Positions 26,480 to 35,792 of a stretch of 64,000 nt of DNA are shown piece after piece (position 1 is the stretch's first letter; the number at the start of each line of letters is the position of its first letter). The stretch is from positions 543,770-607,769 of the forward strand of contig OZ241331.1 of the NCBI GenBank assembly GCA_965200005.1, read 5' to 3'. Below the pieces are notes generated by a model. It was not told where the DNA came from. It searched no databases and saw nothing but the letters and a program-made list of their open reading frames with translations. This DNA is from Acidimicrobiales bacterium (GTDB taxonomy: Bacteria; Actinomycetota; Acidimicrobiia; Acidimicrobiales; Aldehydirespiratoraceae). A program made the translations under genes and the position numbers.

Positions 26480-27041
26480 GGGATCTGCTGGCCAACCTAG
26501 CTCGGAGACCCAAGGGATGGCTGACGATCCCGAAGTTGCCGCGGCCGCTGAGATGGCGGCGACGTTATATGACCTGACATTTGCAGAATCTCGTGTTGAG
26601 CGTGAACGTCGGGCAAATGCCAGGAACCTGATCGGGCGCTCCGACTGTAAGCCGGAACTGAACCGTATGGGCACGATGCGCTGGTATTTGCACCCGCATC
26701 TGGAGACCCCGAGCACCCGGGCGTTGTACTTTCACGAACTTGAGATCCCACAGGGATCCTGTAGTGGCAAGCTGTACTGCCAGGGCGGGATCATCCACTT
26801 CGTGCTCTCTGGCAGCGGTCATACCGTGCTTGACGGGAGGGCTCATGAGTGGGAAGAGGGTGATGTGATCGCCATTCCCATCCGAGAAGCCGGAGTGGCC
26901 TACCAGCACTTCAACACGGGGGTTGCGGCGACTCGCATGCTGGTGTGCTGGGCGAACCTCGACTCGGCGATCAGCCCCGAGGGTGGCGTGGCAATGGAAG
27001 TGCTTGAGGCGTGTCCCGAGTGGCAGGCCCAGCACACCTGA
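26472..27041 (+). CDS. Cupin-domain protein, second half of a split bicupin, metal site degenerate
   Basis: Cupin core GKLYCQGG...GDVIAIP...AYQHFN lacks the HxH. Overlaps the upstream cupin gene. Confidence 0.65.
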   Translation: MSEGSAGQPSSETQGMADDPEVAAAAEMAATLYDLTFAESRVERERRANARNLIGRSDCKPELNRMGTMRWYLHPHLETPSTRALYFHELEIPQGSCSGKLYCQGGIIHFVLSGSGHTVLDGRAHEWEEGDVIAIPIREAGVAYQHFNTGVAATRMLVCWANLDSAISPEGGVAMEVLEACPEWQAQHT

Positions 27042-27150
27042 GCAGCCGTTCATCGCCCCCGAGCGCCCGGCAGACCCCGACATCGCGGAACCTTGTACGT
27101 GACAGCCGGGTCAACACTCAAGTGACTGCAGTGGGCACCGGGCGATAACG

Positions 27151-29313
27151 ATGGCCGGCAAGCGACACGGCACCGCGACATGCCGGGCGGCACGGCCTTC
27201 TCCGCAGGTGCCCTTGGGAGCATCACAGGTCAGCATCAACCAAGGCCATATGCAGCGTCTGGGCCTCAAGCAAGGTGAGGCCGTGGCGCTGCATAACGGT
27301 GAACACACAGCGTGGGCAACCGCTCGCATCCACAGCGGCGATCCGACACTGGTGCGTCTAGGCCGGATGTTGTGGTCACAAGTTTCTGTTCGACCCGGCG
27401 AACCCGTATCGATTGAGCCGGTAGGCAAGCTTCCGGAAGCCACCAAGGCTCGCATCACACCGCCGTACAACCTGACTTTCAGCTTGCATCAGCGGCTCTT
27501 GAGGTGTCTGCGTGATGACGCCGTGCCGCTGTATGCCGGCAACCGGGTGCTCGCTGAGGTGTATCCGGGCGGAGCGGGGATCCTGGTGCGGGTCGATCTG
27601 GCCTCACCGTCACCATCCCTTATGGGAGACGCAACTGAAGTCGAGTTGCACCGAGCCGATGTCAGCGTGTCTGAGCGGGTCATCACGCTGGCTGATGTTG
27701 GTGGATGTGATCGCATCATCAGGAGATTGCGCGAGCTAGTCGAGTTACCGCTGCTGCGCCCCGCGTTCTTTCGCCGTCTCGGGGTCAGACCACCTAAGGG
27801 TGTGCTTTTGCACGGGCCGCCGGGCACTGGCAAGACACTGATTTGTAAGGCAATTGCCTCTGAGCTCGGGGTGACGGCCTACCGGATGTCGGCAACCGAG
27901 TTGGTGGGCAGCGTCCAGGGCGAGACTGAAGCCAACCTGCGGCTGCTGTTCTCTCGAGCCCTAGCCCACGCGCCCTCGCTCGTGATGATCGACGAGTTTG
28001 ACGTGATCGCCACCAACCGGGAGCGTCTGGCATCACAAAGCGATGTCCGTGCAGCCAGCCAACTACTGACCCTGATGGATGGGCTCGAAGAAGTAGACGG
28101 GCTGATCTTGATGGGAACCACCAACCGCATCCAAGCCATTGACCCTGCATTTCGCCGGCCAGGACGCTTCGAGGAAGAACTGTTTGTTGGGCCCCCAGAC
28201 GAAGCCGCCCGCGCCGAGATCCTCGCAATTCACACCCGCGAGATGCCACTCACGATCGAGGCACACAACATCATTTCAAGCGTGGCCCGTGATGCGGGTG
28301 GCTTCGTAGGTGCCGACCTGATGCATCTGGCTCGCTCGGCTGGTCTCGCGGCCGCTGACCGTCTCGCCCGAGGGCGGCAGGGATTCGAGCTTGCCGACAG
28401 CCTTGATGACATCAATATCTCGGTCGAACCAGACGACCTGCGAGTTGCCCTCGCCACGGTGCGACCAAGCGTGCTGCGAGATGTTGTGACCCGCACCGAA
28501 CGCATCACCTGGGATCACATCGTGGGCCTCGACGAACTAAAGGCACGGCTTCGGCGCCTGGGCCGGCGTGCCGTTGGAGCCGAACCAAAAGGGCACACGC
28601 TCAAGATTGGCGGCAAAATTGGCGGCGGTCCTGGAGACCTCAGCGACCCCGCGATGACCAGTAGGTCTGACGGATCGGCTGTCGCTCAAGGCGTGCTGCT
28701 CTATGGCCCACCCGGCTCTGGCAAGAGTGCGATCACCCATGCGCTTGCAACCGAACTCAACGTCAACTTCGTGGCGATCGAGGGCAGCAAGGTGTTCAAC
28801 CAGTGGCTCGGCGAGTCCGAAGAGGCGGTACGAGCGCTGTTCCGCCGGGCCATCGAGGCCCGACCCTCGCTGATTATGCTCGACCATCTCGATGCACTGG
28901 CACCGGTTCGTGCCGGCGAAGGTGGCGAGCGCACCGACGAGCGGGTCGTGTCGGCATTGCTTGCTTCGCTCGATGATGCTCTGGCTGCTGGAGACGTGTT
29001 CGTGGTTGGTGCTTCGAACCGGCCCGAGTTAATCGACCGAGCAGTACTTAGAAGTGGACGTCTCGGGGTACACCTGGAGGTGGCCACACCGGCAGCCGAC
29101 CGTCGAGCCAAGTTGATCTCTTCGCTGGCCTCCGCCCACGGCCTAGAGCTTGAGGCTGACCTTGCAGCCGAACTTGCGAGCAGCACTGAAGGCTGGAGCG
29201 CAGCAGACATCGTGATGCTCATAGGCGAAGCCGCCAGCCGGGCCGCTCTCGAAGATCGACCTGTGGTCTTCGATGACCTCGTCCGTTCACTGCCGTCGCT
29301 GACTCACCACTAG
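27151..29313 (+). CDS. Cdc48/VCP-like double-AAA ATPase (Cpa-like)
   Basis: N-domain-like start. D1 has GPPGTGKT and VMIDEFD; D2 has GPPGSGKS and IMLDHLD (Walker B Glu replaced by His, codons 28882-28887). Confidence 0.85.
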   Translation: MAGKRHGTATCRAARPSPQVPLGASQVSINQGHMQRLGLKQGEAVALHNGEHTAWATARIHSGDPTLVRLGRMLWSQVSVRPGEPVSIEPVGKLPEATKARITPPYNLTFSLHQRLLRCLRDDAVPLYAGNRVLAEVYPGGAGILVRVDLASPSPSLMGDATEVELHRADVSVSERVITLADVGGCDRIIRRLRELVELPLLRPAFFRRLGVRPPKGVLLHGPPGTGKTLICKAIASELGVTAYRMSATELVGSVQGETEANLRLLFSRALAHAPSLVMIDEFDVIATNRERLASQSDVRAASQLLTLMDGLEEVDGLILMGTTNRIQAIDPAFRRPGRFEEELFVGPPDEAARAEILAIHTREMPLTIEAHNIISSVARDAGGFVGADLMHLARSAGLAAADRLARGRQGFELADSLDDINISVEPDDLRVALATVRPSVLRDVVTRTERITWDHIVGLDELKARLRRLGRRAVGAEPKGHTLKIGGKIGGGPGDLSDPAMTSRSDGSAVAQGVLLYGPPGSGKSAITHALATELNVNFVAIEGSKVFNQWLGESEEAVRALFRRAIEARPSLIMLDHLDALAPVRAGEGGERTDERVVSALLASLDDALAAGDVFVVGASNRPELIDRAVLRSGRLGVHLEVATPAADRRAKLISSLASAHGLELEADLAAELASSTEGWSAADIVMLIGEAASRAALEDRPVVFDDLVRSLPSLTHH

Positions 29314-29322
29314 GCGTCTTCG

Positions 29323-30903
29323 GTGCTCCAGACCACGACGACTTCTCCTTCGTATAGCGCTGTCGTGCAACACAACCCGTGCCGCCAGCCCCCTCGGATC
29401 GCAACCGGATCGGCTGGTGTCGCCAGCGGTCACCCCCTCGCTGCACAAGCCGGAGTCGATGCTCTCCGTGCTGGCGGAACTGCCGTAGATGCGGGTCTAG
29501 CGGCCGCCTTCACGCAGTGGATTGTCAACGCTCCCCAGTCCGGCCCTGGTGGCGAGATGTTGGTGCTTGTCGCTGCCCCAGACGAGGTGTCTGTAGATGT
29601 CTTCGCCGGCTGGTCGCGCGTGCCACTGCACCTCGACGAAGTGGCCCCCGAGTGGGCACCGTCTGCGGTTAACGGCTGGCCGCCCACTAATGGCCCTCAC
29701 AATGCCGTAGTTCCGGGTTCATTGCGTGGCGCCGAAGCAGCCTGGCGAGCACGCGGACGACTTGGTTGGAGCGAACTGTTCAGCCACGCCATTGCGGCTT
29801 CTCAAGGACACGAGGTCACCGCTTCAATGGCACGGTTCTACCGCCGGGTGCGTCAGCGGGGTCACGTCGAAGCCATGCGGCGTGTGATCGGATCCACAAA
29901 TCCACCCAAGCCAGGCTCAACGATCCGGCTACCCGCACTCGGTGCAACCCTCAAGCGGATTTCAACCAATGGCCCCGACGATTTCTACCGGGGTGAAATT
30001 GCCCGACGCTTAGTCGCCGCTGCCAAACGCGAAGGCGCAGCACTACGACACGACGACCTTGAGTCCGTAGAAGCGGTCACCGAGAAGGCTGCACATCGCA
30101 GCCTGGGTGACATCAAGATGTGGGTGCCAGCTGATCCAAGCCAAGCACCGATCACCATGGATCTGCTTGCTGAGGTGCCCTCGCACATTGATCCCGCGTC
30201 TCGGGCGTTCGCCCGAATAGTTGCCCGCATCACCGATCAACAATTGACGAACTTCTGCAAAGATGGCCCGCGTCGGCCCGAAGGTACGGCCGTGTCCACC
30301 GCAGTGGATGCGAGCGGGGTGTCGGCGACGGTGGTTCACAGCCTTGCAGGAGTGCAGTTCGGCACTGGCTGGGTTGCGGGGGACACTGGTGTGGCGCTGT
30401 CGAACCGGGTCGGTACCGCTCTATCGGAACGAGATGACCTGCCCGGCTCCAATCCGAGTCCAGGTGCTGTCTTGCCTCACACGCTCAGCGCGGCTCACGT
30501 GCGGGGAGGTGGGCGTTGGATGACTGCGGCAACTCCCGGCGGGGACAGGCAGGTGCAGTGGCTTGCCCAGGCAGTACAGCGCTTCCGGTGCGGAGCTGAT
30601 GCTGCGGAAATCGTTGCTGAGCCTCGCTGGTTTGTGTGCCCCTCAGGGGATCGCTTCGGTGTTCCCTCGGGCATCGGTGAGCCGTGGATCGCGTTTGGCG
30701 AACCTGGTGTCGAGTGGTATGACGACCCCGACATCGGCGGTTACGCGACAAGCCACATCGACAACGTGGGCGGTGGCTTGCAGATTGCGACAGGTGCGAC
30801 CGGAGCGGGCGACACTCCCCAGAGAGCGCCGGTCGAACGCTTCACTCTTGCGAGCGACCCTCGATCCGGTGGGACAGCGATAGCCGTCGAGCAGAAACCA
30901 TAG
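29323..30903 (+). CDS. Gamma-glutamyltransferase family protein
   Basis: GVASGHPLAAQAGVDALRAGGTAVDA N-terminal pattern and the ...GTAVSTAVDASG...FGTG... autoprocessing region. Confidence 0.8.
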   Translation: MLQTTTTSPSYSAVVQHNPCRQPPRIATGSAGVASGHPLAAQAGVDALRAGGTAVDAGLAAAFTQWIVNAPQSGPGGEMLVLVAAPDEVSVDVFAGWSRVPLHLDEVAPEWAPSAVNGWPPTNGPHNAVVPGSLRGAEAAWRARGRLGWSELFSHAIAASQGHEVTASMARFYRRVRQRGHVEAMRRVIGSTNPPKPGSTIRLPALGATLKRISTNGPDDFYRGEIARRLVAAAKREGAALRHDDLESVEAVTEKAAHRSLGDIKMWVPADPSQAPITMDLLAEVPSHIDPASRAFARIVARITDQQLTNFCKDGPRRPEGTAVSTAVDASGVSATVVHSLAGVQFGTGWVAGDTGVALSNRVGTALSERDDLPGSNPSPGAVLPHTLSAAHVRGGGRWMTAATPGGDRQVQWLAQAVQRFRCGADAAEIVAEPRWFVCPSGDRFGVPSGIGEPWIAFGEPGVEWYDDPDIGGYATSHIDNVGGGLQIATGATGAGDTPQRAPVERFTLASDPRSGGTAIAVEQKP

Positions 30904-30928
30904 CGATGGCCGTCGAGCAGAAACCATA
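30883..30928. repeat. 20-nt direct duplication (26-bp period) spanning the GGT stop codon
   Basis: GCCGTCGAGCAGAAACCATA occurs at 30883-30902 and 30909-30928. Confidence 0.9.
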
Positions 30929-30939
30929 AGGAGTTTGTC

Positions 30940-32082
30940 GTGTATGTGAGCCTGGTGTTCAAGGACTCTGCTTGGCCTGCCGAAACGATCGCGGCGATGA
31001 CAGCTTTCGCGACCGAACACCGCCAAGAGTTGCGCCAACACCAGCAGGCGTGTGAGTTCCCCGCAGAGATCTACGCCGAGATGGGCAGCCGGGGATGGGT
31101 CGGACCTTTCACGCCCACAGATGAAGGCGGCAGCGGTCTAGGTGTAGCCGAGTACTGCCTGATCGAAGAAGAGGTCGGTCGGTCGGGTCTGGTGTCGCCC
31201 CAGATTTCCATCCAAGGCCAACGTTGGCTGATCGATTGGGCAACCCCTGAACAGCGCCAGCGTTACCTTCCCGGGATCGCTCGGGGGACCATGATCTTTT
31301 CGGAGTCGATCTCGGAACCCGGTGTGGGTTCCTCAATGAAGTTGATGCGCACAACCGCTGAGCGAGACGGCAGCGACTGGATCATCAACGGCACCAAGAC
31401 TCACGTCAACCTCGGTTGCGAGAGCCATATAACGCTCGTCTATGCGATAGCTCCCGAGGGGATTACCGCCTTTCTGGTTGACACCGACCTGGAGGGTGTC
31501 TCGATGCAACACACCGACCCGATCGGGTTGCGGTTGATCCCCACCGCCGATGTGATGCTCGATCACGTCCGGGTGCCGGGGTCTGCGCTGCTTGGTGAAG
31601 CCGGGCGGGGCATGGACACGTTCTTTTCGACCTTCAACATGAGCCGTCTCGGGAATGCATCTGAGTTGATCGGCTTCGGGCGGCGGGCACTAGCCGATGC
31701 CATCGCTTATGGCTCAACCCGTGAGGTGGGCAACTCGATGGTGACCGACTTTCAGGGGATCCAGTGGACGGTGGCCGATTGCTATAGCGACCTTTATGGG
31801 GCATCGCTGGCACGCGACCAGGCTGCAAACCTTCATGACGCTGGGGCAGATGTCGCTCTGGCGACGTCGCTGGCCAAGAAGATGGCGATCAGGGCGTCTG
31901 AGCACGCTGTGAACGAGTCGTTCGCGCTCACGGGAGGTCATGGCCTCTACACCAACACCGACTACGGACAGATACTTCACGACATGAAGGTGCTGCGAGT
32001 AGCGGGTGGCTCACTTGAGGTGCTGCGCAACTACGTGGCCCGCCGGATCTTGCGTGACGAGAATTACGAAGGTCTGGGTTAG
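30940..32082 (+). CDS. Acyl-CoA dehydrogenase
   Basis: 380 aa. Typical ACAD layout including the C-terminal ...ALTGGHGLY... region. AAGGAG lies 6 nt upstream of the GTG. Confidence 0.85.
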   Translation: MYVSLVFKDSAWPAETIAAMTAFATEHRQELRQHQQACEFPAEIYAEMGSRGWVGPFTPTDEGGSGLGVAEYCLIEEEVGRSGLVSPQISIQGQRWLIDWATPEQRQRYLPGIARGTMIFSESISEPGVGSSMKLMRTTAERDGSDWIINGTKTHVNLGCESHITLVYAIAPEGITAFLVDTDLEGVSMQHTDPIGLRLIPTADVMLDHVRVPGSALLGEAGRGMDTFFSTFNMSRLGNASELIGFGRRALADAIAYGSTREVGNSMVTDFQGIQWTVADCYSDLYGASLARDQAANLHDAGADVALATSLAKKMAIRASEHAVNESFALTGGHGLYTNTDYGQILHDMKVLRVAGGSLEVLRNYVARRILRDENYEGLG

Positions 32083-32154
32083 CGGAAGTGCCGGCGAGAC
32101 GTTGCCACGAGACTTCAAGACATTGACTGACCGAGCGCGGAACCGACTAGCAGC

Positions 32155-33696
32155 ATGAGGAACCTCTCCGAACTGTTGTGTGACCGGGTTCAGCGACGGC
32201 CTGAAGCGCGCTTTGGGATGGCTGACACTGATACGCCAACGCTGTCGGCGGCTGTTGCGGCTGCTGGGGCTCTGGTGGATCCGATCACTGATACGGGTGC
32301 AGGGTTGGGTAAGCGGGTTGCCCTGATTGGCAACACTTCGGATGCCTACCTTGTGAGTTGGCTATCGCTCGTGCTAGCCGGGAGCGAGATTGCTCTGGTT
32401 AACCCGACTTACCCAGCGGGACTCCTCGCAGAGATGCTCAAGCAACTCTCCCCTGATGCGGTGTTGTGGGTGGGCGCTGAAGCGGAACCGGCCGTAGCCC
32501 CCCGAGCTACCCATCTTGACGCCAGCGAGGCGGATCGAGGGGCGTTAGAGATCATCGGCACGGGTGATCGAGTTGAGGTGATCCCGAAAGACAGCCTTGA
32601 GCTTGCCGGGATGCCCGGACTGAGTCGCAGACCTCTCGACGTGGCCGGGTGGATGCACACCTCGGGCACGACTGGACTCCCCAAGTTCTGCGAGCAGACC
32701 CACGAATACTTTCTGCGGCTCGGACGCTTCATTGCTGACTCGATGTGTCTGTCCGCCGCCGACGCTGTGCTCGCACCGCTGCCCATGTTCCACATCAACC
32801 CGCTTGGTTATGGGGTAGTCGGGGGGCTCACCGGTGGCAGCAACGTGCTCGGGGCAACTCGATTCTCGGCAAGTGGCTTCTGGCCGGTCGTCAAGCAAGC
32901 CGGGGTCACCGTCTTGATCTTGCATGCACCTCCTGTTGAGATTCTCAAAAAAGCAGCTACTCCAGCCGATGCTGCCGGGCACCGTGTGAGCCGGGTGTTC
33001 TTTGCCGATGCCGACTTCCTGGAGACATTTGAGATACCGCTGGGCTTCTCTGCCTACGGCTCCACAGAGGCCGGAGGGCTGTCTCACATCTGGGCGTGGC
33101 GTTGCGGGGATCGACCCGATGTGGCTGAAGGGATGTCCCGTTACGGAGGGCGCTCTCGCCACGAAGTGCAATGGATGGTTGACGCTCACTCCAGCGAGAT
33201 CCTGGTGCGCGCCGAGCGTCCCGGGGTGCTGTTCTCGGGATACCGGCGAGCGAGCGGCCTGTCGCAGCCGTTTGACTCCGAAGGCTGGTTCGCCACCGGC
33301 GACCTCGGCAGGGTCGATGCCAACGGGAACCTCGTGTTCATTGAACGTCAGAGTGAGTCGATCCGGGTGAAGGGTGAGTATGTGCCGATCAGCTTTGTGG
33401 AACAACGTTTCGGTGCGATTGATGAACTCGATGATGTTGCCGTGTGGCGCCGTGCTTCGGATCTCGTGGATGATGAAGTGATCCTGTTCGTGACGTGCGC
33501 TGAGATCCCGACCATGGCGATCCGCTCGGTAAGGACACAGCTGCCGACGTTTATGCGTCCAGCCGAGGTGGCACGGGTGGCCGAGCTGCCCCGCGATGCA
33601 GGGGTCGGCAAGGTGCGTCGCCGCCTGCTTGAGGAGATCGAAGTCTTGGAGCGTGTCGATCTGCGTTCTGTTGCTGCAGGGCGTGAGCGAGCGTAA
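32155..33696 (+). CDS. AMP-dependent synthetase/ligase (acyl-CoA synthetase family)
   Basis: MHTSGTTGLPK AMP-binding motif, plus YGSTE and GDLG motifs. Confidence 0.85.
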   Translation: MRNLSELLCDRVQRRPEARFGMADTDTPTLSAAVAAAGALVDPITDTGAGLGKRVALIGNTSDAYLVSWLSLVLAGSEIALVNPTYPAGLLAEMLKQLSPDAVLWVGAEAEPAVAPRATHLDASEADRGALEIIGTGDRVEVIPKDSLELAGMPGLSRRPLDVAGWMHTSGTTGLPKFCEQTHEYFLRLGRFIADSMCLSAADAVLAPLPMFHINPLGYGVVGGLTGGSNVLGATRFSASGFWPVVKQAGVTVLILHAPPVEILKKAATPADAAGHRVSRVFFADADFLETFEIPLGFSAYGSTEAGGLSHIWAWRCGDRPDVAEGMSRYGGRSRHEVQWMVDAHSSEILVRAERPGVLFSGYRRASGLSQPFDSEGWFATGDLGRVDANGNLVFIERQSESIRVKGEYVPISFVEQRFGAIDELDDVAVWRRASDLVDDEVILFVTCAEIPTMAIRSVRTQLPTFMRPAEVARVAELPRDAGVGKVRRRLLEEIEVLERVDLRSVAAGRERA

Positions 33697-33698
33697 CG

Positions 33699-34559
33699 AT
33701 GGCTGTTGACGCTGATGTGGGTGACTCAGACGTGAGGGTGCTTGAGGGGATCATCGACTTTCACGTCCACTCCGCACCGAGTCTTGCTCCCCGTCACAGC
33801 CATGATCCCGAGACCCTGATTGAGGCTCGTGCCGCCGGGATCTCGCAGTTCGTTCTAAAGGCGCACGAGGGATCAACTGCGGAGCGAGCTGCGCTGCTCG
33901 GCGAGGATGCGATAGGTGGCGTGGTCTTGAACTCTCCTGTCGGTGGCGCAAATCCCGATGCGGTGGCGGTTGCGGCTGCGCTTGGCGCCCGGGTTGTGTG
34001 GCTCCCGACCATCTCTTCTCCGACCCACATCGCCGCAAACAGCAATCCTGAATTGAGCGCCCATCGGGGGATCTCTTTCCGGGAGGTTCCCGTAGTCGAC
34101 GCCGCCACTCATGAGGTGCGACCCGAATGGATCGAGGTGTTTGACGAGGTCGCCCGGCACGAGATGGTGCTGGCATCAGGTCACTTGAACATGGACGAGG
34201 CGGTGATCGCGTTGCAAACGGCACGACAGCGAGGTGTTCAGCGCCTCATCGTTAACCATCCAGGTCTGCTGTTTCTGGGATGGCGTGACGATCATGCCCG
34301 CAAGTTCCAGGCTCTTGACGTCAATCTCGAGATCGGTGTCCTTGCCGACTTGCTTGCAAGCAACAGCGGCCCACGCACAGAGGATCTGCTGGAGTCGTAC
34401 CCCCACGAGCTGCTCGTCTTTGGGAGCGATCTCGGCCATCGTGACTACCCGCCGATAGCGCAAGGAATACGCGACTGGGTGGAGCGACTCGATCCCATAC
34501 TCGGTGACTCGGGGCTTGAACGTGCCGCCCGGCTGACAGCCTCGGAACTCCTGTCATGA
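33699..34559 (+). CDS. Amidohydrolase-fold TIM-barrel protein (DUF6282-like)
   Basis: IIDFHVHSAP metal-binding start and FGSDLGH near the C-terminus. Confidence 0.5.
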   Translation: MAVDADVGDSDVRVLEGIIDFHVHSAPSLAPRHSHDPETLIEARAAGISQFVLKAHEGSTAERAALLGEDAIGGVVLNSPVGGANPDAVAVAAALGARVVWLPTISSPTHIAANSNPELSAHRGISFREVPVVDAATHEVRPEWIEVFDEVARHEMVLASGHLNMDEAVIALQTARQRGVQRLIVNHPGLLFLGWRDDHARKFQALDVNLEIGVLADLLASNSGPRTEDLLESYPHELLVFGSDLGHRDYPPIAQGIRDWVERLDPILGDSGLERAARLTASELLS

Positions 34560-35740
34560 GCACATCGACAACTGCATCAAGTCCGACGAGACGGCGCATC
34601 GCGTTGCTGCCTGGAGATGGCGTTGGCGCTGAGGTGCTAGAGGGCCCGACAGAGTTGCTCTCCTACATCGCGCACCGGGGTGTGATTGAGATCACCGGAC
34701 CTTGGCCGGTCGGTGCATCGGCCTTCGGTCAACTCGGCACCGGCCTTCCTGAGCCAACATTGGCTGCATGTGATGAATCCGATGCCATGTTCTTTGGCGC
34801 TGCAGGCGAGCACCCAGGGGTGCCAATCGCCGACTACCGGCCCGAGCACTCGATAATCGGCCTACGTCAGCGTTACGACCTGCGAGTAAGCATCCGCAAC
34901 ATCGTCCGTGTTGGTGCTCTCGCCTCAGGAGCGGCATCCGCACAGCGCCACCAATCTGACAGCGACAGTCCAGACCATTCGACCGATCGCGACAATCCGC
35001 CTGCGCAGCGGCCATTGATCGTGCTGCGGAACCTGCTCGGCGGCGCTTACGGAGCAGCTTCAACCCGCACCGAGAGTGACGGTGCTCGAGACGCCCGCGA
35101 TCACATCATTCTCACTCCTGCGCAGATCTCAGAGCTCGCAGTTATGGCTTGTGACATGGTTCAGGCTGGGCTCGCATCCGAGGTCATCTCGGTCGATAAA
35201 GCGAACCTCTTCGCCACGAGCCGGTTGTGGCGCCAGGTCACCTCCGAGATCGCTCATAGCCGGGGCGTGGCGCTTCGTCACAACTATGTCGATCGGATGG
35301 CCTTCGAGTTGGCTCACGACATGGTTGTGAGTGACACGGTCGTGCTTACCGAGGGCATATTCGGCGACATCCTCAGCGACCTCGCCGCAGGGCGTGCCGG
35401 CTCAATCGCTTTGTGCGGCTCGGCAAGCGTCAACCCAAGACCCGTGGCGGGCCAGCGTTGCGTCGGACTGTTCGAACCGGTTCATGGCTCGGCTCCCCGC
35501 CACTTCGGGTTGCGGCGAGTCAACCCGTCGGGTTCCTACCTCGCCCTCGTAGCACTATTGGAGTGGTTCCCCGAAACCGCCGCTCTGGCAGCACCAATCA
35601 ACACTGCTCTGGCACAGGCTCTAGCAAAGGGACCGCTCACCTACGACCTTGCTCCCCAAGGCACCAAGCCCGCAAGTACGGATGAGTTTGCTGCTGCTGT
35701 CAACCGGCGCGCCCTACCCGCGCTCAGGGCACTGCTGTGA
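34556..35740 (+). CDS. Isocitrate/isopropylmalate dehydrogenase family protein
   Basis: RIALLPGDGVGAEV N-terminal motif and GIFGDILSDLAAG. Carries an unusual internal Ser/Asp-rich insertion. Confidence 0.8.
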   Translation: MSTSTTASSPTRRRIALLPGDGVGAEVLEGPTELLSYIAHRGVIEITGPWPVGASAFGQLGTGLPEPTLAACDESDAMFFGAAGEHPGVPIADYRPEHSIIGLRQRYDLRVSIRNIVRVGALASGAASAQRHQSDSDSPDHSTDRDNPPAQRPLIVLRNLLGGAYGAASTRTESDGARDARDHIILTPAQISELAVMACDMVQAGLASEVISVDKANLFATSRLWRQVTSEIAHSRGVALRHNYVDRMAFELAHDMVVSDTVVLTEGIFGDILSDLAAGRAGSIALCGSASVNPRPVAGQRCVGLFEPVHGSAPRHFGLRRVNPSGSYLALVALLEWFPETAALAAPINTALAQALAKGPLTYDLAPQGTKPASTDEFAAAVNRRALPALRALL

Positions 35741-35792
35741 TGGCTGTCCGAACGGGGGCACACAACGCACACTGCGCCCGAGGAGTAGCAAA

